The notes below the pieces were generated by a model that was not told the origin of the DNA, ran no database searches, and was given only the letters and a program-made list of their open reading frames with translations. A stretch of DNA of 64,000 nt from Ophelia neglecta (lineage: Eukaryota): the NCBI GenBank assembly GCA_965285935.1, contig OZ260662.1, positions 25,668,001 to 25,732,000 of the forward strand, given 5' to 3'. The position numbers and the translations under genes were made by a program. Positions 53,008 through 64,000 of the stretch are shown one piece after another; within the stretch, counting starts at the first letter, position 1; every line of letters begins with the position of its first letter.

Positions 53008-53614
53008 TATACAAGTTAACCATTATTCAATTTAATATCTAATTAATTTAATCGACACCCTTCTGTCAAAAGTGTGTCCTCCTTACATTCATTTGTATGC
53101 TTGATTTACCATATAGCTTCACCAATATTCTACTAAAATATTTACTTACATGCTACCAGGTCTTCATGACAGTTTAATAAAATGCACTGCAAACCAAAAA
53201 AGGCTGTTACATATGCAAACTAGGCCTGTTATTAAGATTTTTAATGTGTTGGGTTTACTTGGGTATGAAATTTTTTGAAAATTAAAAGGAATAAATTTAC
53301 AAAAAATGCACAGGACCTTACCAGAATGGAAGTTAGAAGGGGTTTATAAGCAGGGAACAAAAAATTTGAATACTATTATTCCAATTCCAAAAAAAAAAGA
53401 TCAACATATTAAAAAATAATGGCCTAACAGGTCAGATATGTAGTATTCAGGCTGCATATATATATATGTATGTATGTTCCTGTGTATTATAGTTTGTGTA
53501 CAGGCCCCACATACACATTTCTCCTTTACTTGACATCACAGTATCCATCTATTTGCCTAGATGATATTTGAGATTGTTAAGGCAGAGACTTCCACTTGTT
53601 TTTGACATTTTCAG

Positions 53615-53706
53615 AGGAAGGGCGTTGTTAGGGGCTCCAGGAAATGATGTTAAAATAGACGTGCCTCTTGGTGTCACAGTTAAAAATGACATTGGCAGAA
53701 ACTTAG
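53615..53706 (+). CDS. GTPBP10: GTPBP10 exon 3
   Basis: tttcag/gtaaga; ALLGAPGNDVKIDVPLGVTV; phase 2/1. Confidence 0.92.
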
Positions 53707-54154
53707 GTAAGATGAGTAAACATATTTGTGCTGATCATTTCAAAAGCTTCTTTTTTATACATAAGAACAAACAGATGAGAAAAAAACATGTACATTGGTC
53801 CCTGCGATGTAGGGCCCCTCCAATGAAGGGCCACCTGCGATGGCAGGCCACTTTTTGAATTCCCATGTCCTATCTTTACCATGTTAAAGTACCTCCGATG
53901 AAGGGCCACCTGCAATGTAGGGCCACTTTTCCTTGGATAGAATATTTAGTAGAAAATCAATTTGATTTGATTGATTAATATTTAAATTTCATTTAATCCA
54001 ATTTAGTTTAATAGAAAATATAATAGACCATGCCATATGTTTAGTAGGCACAGACTACCAGGTTGCCATTTGTTTCAAAGACTGCATCAGTGGAGATTGC
54101 TAAGGGAAGTTCTAACAATGTGTTTTATGTCAATGTTTTCATTTGGCTTTCCAG

Positions 54155-54299
54155 GAGAAGTGAACGCGGTGAATGACACGGTTTTGGTAGCCCGTGGAGG
54201 ACAGGGAGGAAACGCTGGCAATAACTTCCTTGGACTGAAGGGACATAAACAGTCAATTAGACTGGAATTCAAACTCATAGCTGACATCGGATTGGTGGG
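54155..54299 (+). CDS. GTPBP10: GTPBP10 exon 4
   Basis: ttccag/gtaggt; LVARGGQGG...LEFKLIADIGLVG; phase 1/2. Confidence 0.95.
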
Positions 54300-54534
54300 G
54301 TAGGTTTTCAAAGTTCACAGCATATAAATTAATGGCTTATTTCTGCTCAAACATTATTATTGTTTGCTTTTGTAGTTAATGAAAAAATGAGGAACAATCT
54401 AATCTATTAAGTGTTTTCTTTGGCATGATTTGATTTTGATCATAAATGGTTGTTACTTAAAGAAATAAATCAAGACTTTGTAGTACAAAGTACATGAATC
54501 ATGATTATAATCATGATTCAAGGTGTACCGTTAG

Positions 54535-55687
54535 CAGGGTTGGGGCGAGTACAGGACTCATGTACTAGAGTACGAGTACGAGTACTTGCCAATCACATGA
54601 GTACGAGTACGAGTACGAGTACTAGAAATCCTGGATGTACTCGAGTACGAGTACGAGTACTTCTATGCGAGTACGAGTACGAGTACTGAGTACTTTTAGA
54701 ATTATTATCACAACAACACTACAATCACACTTTATACATTTATTATGAAATTCCAACACAGTACAAGTGATTAATATTATATAGTCACTTGAAACATGGA
54801 ACCAGTGTTCAGGCTAGTCCTACTAATGACGCCTTTGCTCTGTATGTTTTAAATCTGATAAAGTGGCAGTGACCAAATTCATTAGAAAATCATATGATCT
54901 GCTCTCTACACAGATTAGCAGATCTTGTGAATTGCTCATATGTTAGATTAAAGGGCAGTTAATAGAAATTTGGCTTTGACTAAAGATGTAATTAACAGCT
55001 TCCAACTGTATGATATACTCCAGTGTCAGCCAAATGTCCTCACTTTGGACTAAATGTAGTAATTGCTAGTGAAATCAACTCACTAAATTCAATTATGTTT
55101 TCATAGCGATCAACAGGATAGCACTATACAAACATAATCCATTGTCTGATGGACTTACTTTGGGTCAATAGGTATTCAAATTCAACCCACAGAGTGCAAT
55201 TGGAGAATTGCCATTGCAAAGATTGCACCTCTTGGTTTGTATAATGTAGTAGCCAGTCCCATTCCTAGCTGTGATAATATTTAAATGTGAGATAATCTTC
55301 ACATTTAGTGGACATTTATTTCTCTCAGTGAACCATATATTTATAAAACACTGTTATAATGTATTGTGAAATATATCATTCTAAACTGTAGCATTTAACA
55401 TATATACATAGCATCTGGGGAGAAGTTTGTGATGCACACAAAGCTGAGGATTGGTAACTTTGTATATACTTTAAAACTTCTGGAAATTGAACAAGTACTA
55501 ACAAGAAGGCATAACAATTGTCAAGTACTCACAATGTACTCATGATTACATGAGTACTTTGTGCCCGAGTACGAGTACGAGTACGAGTACACACACTATT
55601 TTTAAGCATGAGTACGAGTACGTGTACGAGTACAGAAAAAATGTACTTGAATACGAGTACCGAGTACTTGTACTCGCCCCAACCCTG
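54535..55687. mobile_element. hAT-like non-autonomous element with (GAGTAC)n subterminal arrays
   Basis: 19-bp TIR cagggttggggcgagtaca / tgtactcgccccaaccctg. Confidence 0.85.
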
Positions 55688-55853
55688 AGGTCCGTTAGGC
55701 ATGCTGTGTATCTTCATATTTTGTGCTATCGACTTGACCATCTTTGGGTGGAGGATGATGTCTCATCATAGAGTATGAACTCATCAGGGAGTAAGTTATG
55801 AGATAACTGTTTGGTGTCATTACACTGTAAGTCAATGAATTTCTGTTTGACAG

Positions 55854-55927
55854 ATTCCCCAATGCTGGTAAATCTACCTTGCTGTCTGCCGTGTCCAGGG
55901 CGGCTCCTAAGATAGCTTCTTACCCAT
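55854..55927 (+). CDS. GTPBP10: GTPBP10 exon 5 (P-loop G1)
   Basis: gacag/gtaagt; [24 protein letters not shown]; phase 2/1. Confidence 0.95.
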
Positions 55928-55992
55928 GTAAGTGTCAGAAAACATTCTTTCTTTTGTTTGAATGGTAAAATGTGATCGGTTTCAAAGTGTAA

Positions 55993-57460
55993 TTATATCC
56001 GCGAAATGCGGATATTAAGTTTTCAGAAGCGCCGCTGCCGCCGCCGCCGCCGCAGATTTTAGTCGTTAACGCGATAACTCAAAAACCGTTTCGTACATCT
56101 TTTTCAAATTCAACACAGCCATAGACCTTATTGAGAGGAGGAACTGATTAGATTCTGGTGAAAATCCAATAATTATTAACTAGGCCAACGCTGTCGGGGG
56201 GCCGACAGCAAGGGGTATATCCGCGAATGCATGCAATAATCGAATGGGGAACATGGCATAAGGCGAGGTAGTGAATATGGTAGTTTTTAGTTGGCACAAA
56301 AGATAACAACCTTAATTAATTTTTGTTCAGGTCATTAATAAAGTTAAACTAATTAACTTATTACACAATACTAGTTAACTTATTACACAGATTGTAGTAG
56401 GTTCTATTTGATCTCAATAATAATGCAGGTCATTCTTAAAGTTGGTGTCATATGACCTCAATAATAATGCAAAATGACCCTAACTAATTCTTTTTCAGGT
56501 CATTAATAAAGTGAACTAGTGAACTTATTAGTGGGTTCCATAAACCTCAATAATAATGCAAAACGACCTTAACTAAAAAAATTTCAGGTCATTAATAAAG
56601 TTAACTAGTTAACTTATTACACACATGGTAGTAGGTTCCATATGACCTCAATAATAATGAAAAACTGCCTTAACTAATTTTTTTTCAGGTCATTAATAAA
56701 GTTAACTAGTTAACTTATTACACAGTACTAGTTAACTTGTTACACAGATTGTAGTAGCTTCTATATAACCACAATAATAAGGCAGGTCATTAGTAAAGTT
56801 GTTTCCATGTGACCTCAAGAATAATGCAAAACTACCTTAACTAATTTTTTTTCAGGTCATTAATAAAGTTTACTATTTAACTTATTACACAGATTGTATA
56901 TAGTTATTACATGAATCATGACACAAAAATTCAAGCCAATATCATCTATACTTTGAAATATATGATAGAAAATGTGTTTTTGACATAAATAATTAATTAT
57001 TTTAACTAATTAATAATTATCAGAATTTCAGCAGAATAGATACAGGTCTTCCTCTCAATAAGGTCTATGGCTGTGTCAAATTAGAAAAAGATGTATCAAA
57101 TATTTTTTGTGTTATTGCAGAAAATTCGTTTCTGACGTAATTAATTAATTATTTTAACTAATTAATAATTATCAGAAATTCACCAGAATAAATACAGGTC
57201 TTCCTCTCAATAAGGTCTATGGCTGTGTCAAATAAGAAAAAGATGTATCAAATATTTTTTTTGTTATTGCAGAAAATGCGTTTCTGACGTAATTAATTAA
57301 TTATTTTAACTAATTAATAATTATTGGATTTTCACCAGAATCTAATCAGTTCCTCCTCTCAATAAGGTCTATGGCTGTGTTGAATTTGAAAAAGATGTAC
57401 GCAATGGTTTTTTAATTATCGCGTTAACGACTAAAATCTGCGGCGGCGGCGGCGGCGGCG

Positions 57461-57494
<34 letters not shown>

Positions 57495-58509
57495 TACTGA
57501 AAACATAATATCCGCATTTCGCGGATATAATTAGTTAAAACAATTAATTAATTACGTCAGAAACGCTTTTTCTGCAATAACACAAAAAATATTTGATACA
57601 TCTTTTTCTTATTTGACACAGCCATAGGCCTTATTAAGAGGAAGACCTGTATTCTGGTGAATTTCTGATAATTATTAATTAGTTAAAATAATTAATTAAT
57701 TATGTCAAAAACACATTTCCTATCATATATTCCAAAGTATAGATGATATTGGCTTAAAGTTTTGTGTCATGATTCATGTAATAACTATTTACAATCTGTG
57801 TAATAAGTTAACTAGTTAACTTTATTAATGACCTGAAAAAAAATTAGTTAAGGTGGTTTTGCATTATTCTTGAGGTCATATGGAACCAACTTTATTAAAG
57901 ACCTGCCTTATTATTGGGGTTATATAGAAGCTACTACAATTGTGTAACAAGTTAACTAGTACTGTGTAATAAGTTAACTAGTTAACTTTATTAATGACCT
58001 GAAAAAAAATTAGTTTAGGCAGTTTTTCATTATTATTGAGGTCATATGGAACCTACTACAATGTGTGTAATAAGTTAACTAGTTAACTTTATTAGTGACC
58101 TGAAATTTTTTATTTAAGGTCGTTTTGCACTATTATTGAGGTCTTATGGAACCTACTAATAAGTTCAATAGTTCACTTTATTAATGACCTGAAAAAAAAT
58201 TAGTTAGGGTCGTTTTGCATTATTATTGAGGTCATATGACACCAACTTTAAGAATGACCTGCATTATTATTGAGGTCAAATAGAACCTACTACAATCTGT
58301 GTAATAAGTTAACTAGCACTGTGTAATAAGTTAACTAGTTTAACTTTATTAATGACCTGAACAAAAATTAGTTAAGGTCGTTATCTTTTGTGCCAACTAA
58401 AAACTACCATATTCACTACCTCGCCTTATGCCATGTTCCCCATTCGATTATTGCACGCATTCGCGGATATACCCCTTGCTGTCGGCCCCCCGACAGCGTT
58501 GGCCTAGTT
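55993..58509 (-). mobile_element. HINE/pearl-like non-autonomous element (outer copy), split by an inverted copy of itself
   Basis: 55993-56179 plus 57531-58509 together are the reverse complement of most of 56180-57530. Confidence 0.85.
56180..57530 (+). mobile_element. HINE/pearl-like non-autonomous element (inner, intact copy)
   Basis: Starts ctaggccaacgctgtcggggggccgacagc (hairpin); subterminal IR tatatccgcgaa/ttcgcggatata; central AT-rich tandem repeats; (GGC)n; terminal hairpin; AA at both junctions. Confidence 0.8.
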
Positions 58510-58916
58510 ATGTATATGGTTGACCTTGGCCTTATTCTCTAGGTCAGAAGTCTCTTTCAAACTGTCATTCTGCATAGATAGAAAGAGAGATAGAAGAGGA
58601 AATAAGCCATGCAAACAGATGGGGGGGGGGGGGGGGTCAAGCCATGAAATTGAGGAGGGAGAACCAATGGAAAAGACTAGTGTTGGGAATTGGTTAAAAA
58701 AATTGTGTTCCTTTATTTTAGTAGCATATTTCAAGTTGTGAACTGTGTAAGTGGCCTTGATAATTTATGAAACATTAATAGCTATCACAATGGTAAATCA
58801 TGAAGCATTAATTGTGGTTACAATGACATTAGACTTATATTTGCACTAAATGTGTTCAGTTGCTCAGTTGCTGAATATTTCAGTCAGATCACAGAATTTT
58901 TGCATGAAAATTTGTA

Positions 58917-59073
58917 CAGTGGAACCCCTCGTAAGAGACATCCAAATAAGTGGTCTTATAAGACGGGTGGTCTCTCATCAGGGGTTAAAATACATGGAAG
59001 TTATAGCACACTGTTTTGCAAGAAAGGGCTACTTTGGCCAGTTTTGGGTGGTCTGTCATCAGGGGTTCCCCTG
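58917..59073. mobile_element. Tc1/mariner-type MITE
   Basis: TA-cagtggaacccct...aggggttcccctg-TA. Confidence 0.78.
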
Positions 59074-59376
59074 TACATCCAATCTTAATCAGTTGTGGAA
59101 AATCATAATTGTCTGGGATGTCAAGCGATCATCAGTAGGAAGGTGGGGGAGCAGGAGTCAGTGTGGAGGGGGTGGGGGGATGTCCCAGTGCTCCAATCAT
59201 TCTGCATTACATACAGCCTCAATGTGGGGTCGCGAAGTTAATCAAGAACTAGGCTAGGGGTGCGAGTTGTATGACTTAATTGTTTACCAATAATCATACT
59301 GTCCAGTTATTAAGAAAACACTCTGGAATAACTTTCACTTTAATTTGGAATACATATCTTAACCTTTTTTTTACAG

Positions 59377-59429
59377 TCACAACGTTATTACCCCAGGTGG
59401 GAACAATGATCTACGATGATCTCAGGCAG
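59377..59429 (+). CDS. GTPBP10: GTPBP10 exon 6 (G2)
   Basis: ttacag/gttggt; FTTLLPQVGTMIYDDLRQ; phase 1/0. Confidence 0.92.
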
Positions 59430-59604
59430 GTTGGTACTGCTTGATTTTGACCATGTGAACAATCAGCTTTACTATGATTATTTCAATTGCCATGCAAACA
59501 GTTAGACACACATAATCTAACCATTGATCATGATGTGTGTATGCATCTCATAAGCTCCAAGTAGGCTTCTATAACCTACCATATATAACACATGTTTTTC
59601 ATAG

Positions 59605-59790
59605 ATAACCATGGCTGACTTGCCTGGCCTGATAGAGGGCGCTAGCATCAATGTTGGAATGGGACACAGCTTCCTGAAACATGTTGAGCGCACAAAGATA
59701 CTGCTCTTCATGGTTGACCTGCAGGGTTTTAGACTTGGCGTCGACTACCCACTTCGCTCGGCCTTCCAAACAATACTACTACTTAACAAG
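59605..59790 (+). CDS. GTPBP10: GTPBP10 exon 7 (G3)
   Basis: tcatag/gtatag; [27 protein letters not shown]...[10 protein letters not shown]. Confidence 0.95.
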
Positions 59791-60193
59791 GTATAGCATT
59801 CTAGTTTCAATCAAGAAGCATATAATTTGGTCTGTCAAAAGCCGTCAGAATCAAAAGTCAAGTTGAATCAAGCAACTGAACAGACAGTGTTCAGGCAGTC
59901 CATTGCCTGGCATATGCTAACAATTTTTTCCCTTTTGCTGTATAAAAGCACTTCTTTATCCTGTTAAAAAGTTCTCAATTTAACTAAAAGACCAATTCCT
60001 GTTTAGTTGTTATTGAGGATATCCAATGACTTAAATTTTAACTGCATTTCTTCAATTATTAAACTCTCCATATCGTTTTATACATTGCTTGCTCATGGCA
60101 ACAGATTTATTGATACATTTTATCTGGAAGGTTTAATGTAATATTTCTGATTCTTTCCATCATGATTTAGTATTTTAGTGATGATGTTTCCAG

Positions 60194-60317
60194 GAATTAG
60201 AGCTATATAAACCAGAGTTGGTCAGTAAGCCTGCCGTTCTGGTTCTGAACAAATTGGACGTAGAAGGGGCTGAAGAACGCATGGAGGAAGTCAGAGGCCA
60301 CATCAGAAATATGAAAG
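60194..60317 (+). CDS. GTPBP10: GTPBP10 exon 8 (G4)
   Basis: ttccag/gtgagg; ELELYKPELVSKPAVLVLNKLD; phase 0/1. Confidence 0.95.
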
Positions 60318-60696
60318 GTGAGGGTCACACGTGTACAGTCATTCTTCTTGGTTATACATTCAAATCAAGTGTGAACTGAAATAAATATTGATAATCAAAA
60401 AGATTTAAGTCAACTTTCCCTTGTGCAGTGATTAACTAAAGTGAGAAGTCAATATTATTAATTGTTTGAAAAAAAAGAATGATAAACAGGTGAAATATAC
60501 AGTTAAATCCTCTAGCCCCAGAAGATTGGCTAGCATTAGTTGAGGAATGACAAAGTAGATAATATGAACGTCTATGATATTTGTAAATAATTCATATTTT
60601 AACAGAATAACTGTCAGTTATTATAAGGAGTTAACTAGCTTCTCACTCACTACCTAATTATTGGAGGTATTTTTAACTCTTGTACATGGTTTGCAG

Positions 60697-60944
60697 AGGC
60701 AGGATACCTTGATGACATCCAGGAGTCTATGAGACCTAAACAGCTAGTCAAATTTGATGACATTATTCCAATTTCCGCCAAGAAGCATATTGGGATTGAG
60801 CACCTGAAATCCCGATTACGAGATCTGTTGGACCTGTATGCTGATATAGAATGGGAGAAAGAGCATGGAGGGGCGAGAGATCGTGCATTACAGGACATAC
60901 AGGACAGTGTGAGAGAGAGGCACCCCGGTGGGAGACTGGTGTGA
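60697..60944 (+). CDS. GTPBP10: GTPBP10 terminal exon (G5)
   Basis: ttgcag acceptor; FDDIIPISAKKHIGIEHLK...VRERHPGGRLV*. Confidence 0.92.
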
Positions 60945-63190
60945 TCTGAGATCATACCAGCCATACAGGACATACAGGACAGTATGAGAGAGAGGCACCC
61001 CGGTGGGAGACTGGTGTGATCTGAGATCAGGCCAGCCATACAGGACATACAGGACAGTATGAGAGAGAGGCACCCCGGTGGGAGACTGGTGTGATCTGAG
61101 ATCATACCAGCCATACAGGACATACAGGACAGTGTGAGAGAGAGGCACCCCAGTGGGAGACTGGTGTGATCTGAGATCAGGCCAGCCATACAGGACATAC
61201 AGGACAGTGTGAGAGAGAGGCACCCCGGTGGGAGACTGGTGTGATCTGAGATCATACCAGTCATACAGGACATACAGGACAGTATGAGAGAGAGGCACCC
61301 CGGTGGGAGACTGGTGTGATCTGAGATCATACCGGCCATACAGGACATACAGGACAGTATGAGAGAGAGGCACCCCGGTGGGAGACTGGTGTGATCTGAG
61401 ATCATACCAGCCATACAGGACATACAGGACAGTATGAGAGAGAGGCACCCCGGTGGGAGACTGGTGTGATCTGAGATCAGGCCAGCCATACAGGACATAC
61501 AGGACAGTATGAGAGAGAGGCACCCCGGTGGGAGACTGGTGTGATCTGAGATCATACCGGCCATACAGGACATACAGGACAGTATGAGAGAGAGGCACCC
61601 CGGTGGGAGACTGGTGTGATCTGAGATCATACCAGCCATACAGGACATACAGGACAGTATGAGAGAGAGGCACCCCGGTGGGAGACTGGTGTGATCTGAG
61701 ATCAGGCCAGCCATACAGGACATACAGGACAGTATGAGAGAGAGGCACCCCGGTGGGAGACTGGTGTGATCTGAGATCAGGCCAGCCATACAGGACATAC
61801 AGGACAGTATGAGAGAGAGGCACCCCGGTGGGAGACTGGTGTGATCTGAGATCAGGACATACAGGACATACAGGACAGTATGAGAGAGAGGCTCCCCGGT
61901 GGGAGACTGGTGTGATCTGAGATCAGGCCAGCCATACAGGACATACAGGACAGTATGAGAGAGAGGCACCCCGGTGGGAGACTGGTGTGATCTGAGATCA
62001 GGACATACAGGACATACAGGACAGTATGAGAGAGAGGCACCCCGGTGGGAGACTGGTGTGATCTGAGATCATACCAGTCATACAGGACATACAGGACAGT
62101 ATGAGAGAGAGGCACCCCGGTGGGAGACTGGTGTGATCTGAGATCATACCAGACATACAGGACATACAGGACAGTATGAGAGAGAGGCACCCTGGTGGGA
62201 GACTGGTGTGATCTGAGATCATACCAGCCATACAGGACATACAGGACAGTGTGAGAGAGAGGCACCCCGGTGGGAGACTGGTGTGATCTGAGATCAGGCC
62301 AGCCATACAGGACATACAGGACAGTATGAGAGAGAGGCACCCCGGTGGGAGACTGGTGTGATCTGAGATCATACCAGTCATACAGGACATACAGGACAGT
62401 ATGAGAGAGAGGCACCCCGGTGGGAGACTGGTGTGATCTGAGATCAGGCCAGCCATACAGGACAAACAGGACAGTATATGAGAGAGGCACCCCGGTGGGA
62501 GACTGGTGTGATCTGAGATCAGGCCAGCCATACAGGACATACAGGACAGTATGAGAGAGAGGCACCCCGGTGGGAGACTGGTGTGATCTGAGATCATACC
62601 AGACATACAGGACATACAGGACAGTATGAGAGAGAGGCACCCTGGTGGGAGACTGGTGTGATCTGAGATCATACCAGCCATACAGGACATACAGGACAGT
62701 ATGAGAGAGACGCACCCTGGTGGGAGACTGGTGTGATCTGAGATCATACCAGTCATACAGGACATACAGGACAGTATGAGAGAGAGGCACCCCGGTGGGA
62801 GACTGGTGTGATCTGAGATCATACCAGACATACAGGACATACAGGACAGTATGAGAGAGAGGCACCCCGGTGGGAGACTGGTGTGATCTGAGATCATACC
62901 AGTCATACAGGACATACAGGACAGTATGAGAGAGAGGCACCCCGGTGGGAGACTGGTGTGATCTGAGATCAGGCCAGCCATACAGGACAAACAGGACAGT
63001 ATGAGAGAGAGGCACCCCGGTGGGAGACTGGTGTGATCTGAGATCATACCAGACATACAGGACATACAGGACAGTATGAGAGAGAGGCACCCCCGTGGGA
63101 GACTGGTGTGATCTGAGATCATACCAGTCATACAGGACATACAGGACAGTATGAGAGAGAGGCACCCCGGTGGGAGAGTGACGTGATCTG
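60891..63190 (+). repeat. 75-bp minisatellite, ~31 copies, unit = last 17 codons + stop + 21 nt of GTPBP10
   Basis: caggacatacaggacagt(a/g)tgagagagaggcaccccggtgggagactggtgTGAtctgagatcataccagccata; two 70-bp variants near 61850 and 62000. Confidence 0.97.
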
Positions 63191-63701
63191 CAGGTCATTA
63201 ATTCCTGGCTTAACCATTGAACCCAGGATGCCATGGAAGATATCATGTGACCTTGGGATGACATTAGATTGGCCATGGTGTGATCTTGGTTTGTCCTGAG
63301 CTGTACCACTGCCTTACCTTAGTTTGAATTGAATGTTATGCTGGTTATAGGAATGTCTATGTAAGGATATTGGCAATTATTAAATAGACTATGATGTGAA
63401 CTTGGCTTGTTCTGTCCTTCAAGGAACTGCACATTGACCTTGGATTTGGCCTGTATTTCCCATGGAATGACCTTGGATTGGACCTTGATGGACTCTAAAG
63501 TGTGTCCTCAATGTTAGCCTTTTTAACCTCAGAGGAGTTTAGCCTGACATTGGGTAGACCTTTGATCTATACCCTAGTCTGTGCCATGAATTTTTGAATA
63601 TTACCTTGCTGTTTATTTTGAGCAAGAGTGTTACTGCTTAATACTGTATATACAATAATTAATGTACAAATTTAGGTTCTTTAAATATATATTTATTTGT
63701 A

Positions 63702-63707
63702 AATAAA
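63702..63707 (+). other. Candidate GTPBP10 poly(A) signal
   Basis: AATAAA in AT-rich sequence downstream of the array. Confidence 0.4.
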
Positions 63708-64000
63708 ATTTTACAACTAAAAACAACTAGACTTGATTAGTATGCAATTATAAGTATATATAAATATACATACTTTCATGATTAATTACAATACAGAACA
63801 CATTCTTAAGTCTTGTGGTTCCCTGGCTTAATATTGCAGTTCCGGAGACTTTTTATTCTTTAACTAAAAAGTATTTTTCATTATTAAGATGACTGTTTAA
63901 TACCGCCATTATGCCTAGAAGACTTCCAGGTTTTTCAATTTCACACTACAAGACTACTCACAAATTCACAAATAAAATGACTGGCAAAAATAATCGTTGA

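Noticed and set aside
54501-55771. STSTST / RVRVRV / EYEYEY ORFs
   Set aside because: Translations of (GAGTAC)n subterminal repeats of a non-autonomous transposon
60650-63309. Long minus-strand ORFs (311-485 aa) with 25-aa Cys/Met- or Tyr/Trp-rich repeats
   Set aside because: By-product of a 75-bp period with stop-free antisense frames; several frames are open at once and they lie antisense to GTPBP10

Overview
AT-rich, intron-containing invertebrate animal DNA, plausibly lophotrochozoan (species not determinable). Three spliced genes can be rebuilt by hand with GT-AG boundaries and consistent phases: the last 6 exons of NEURL4 (+, 608-5489), RABEPK (-, 18747-14307, 4 coding exons, 464 aa) and a complete GTPBP10 (+, 50117-60944, 9 exons, 386 aa). 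About 300 nt upstream of the RABEPK start, on the same strand and behind a good splice acceptor, lies an 86-aa ORF of unknown family ending in a CaaX box (CTIL): a candidate bicistronic or alternatively spliced partner. The ~30 kb between RABEPK and GTPBP10 has no convincing host CDS. It holds minisatellites, a 5'-truncated but uninterrupted LINE inserted in a 38-bp array, MITEs and a CpG-richer promoter-like zone. Main oddities: (1) all three genes carry tandem repeats built on their own coding boundaries (16 copies of a NEURL4 splice donor, ~31 copies of the GTPBP10 C-terminus plus stop, a decayed triplet over the RABEPK stop); (2) TA-NNNN-TA palindromes are over-represented and spatially segregated (TAGGCCTA in the promoter zone, TACATGTA elsewhere); (3) a HINE/pearl-like element is inserted into an inverted copy of itself in a GTPBP10 intron. 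Homology calls are from recognition of sequence, not database searches, and all counts are manual.
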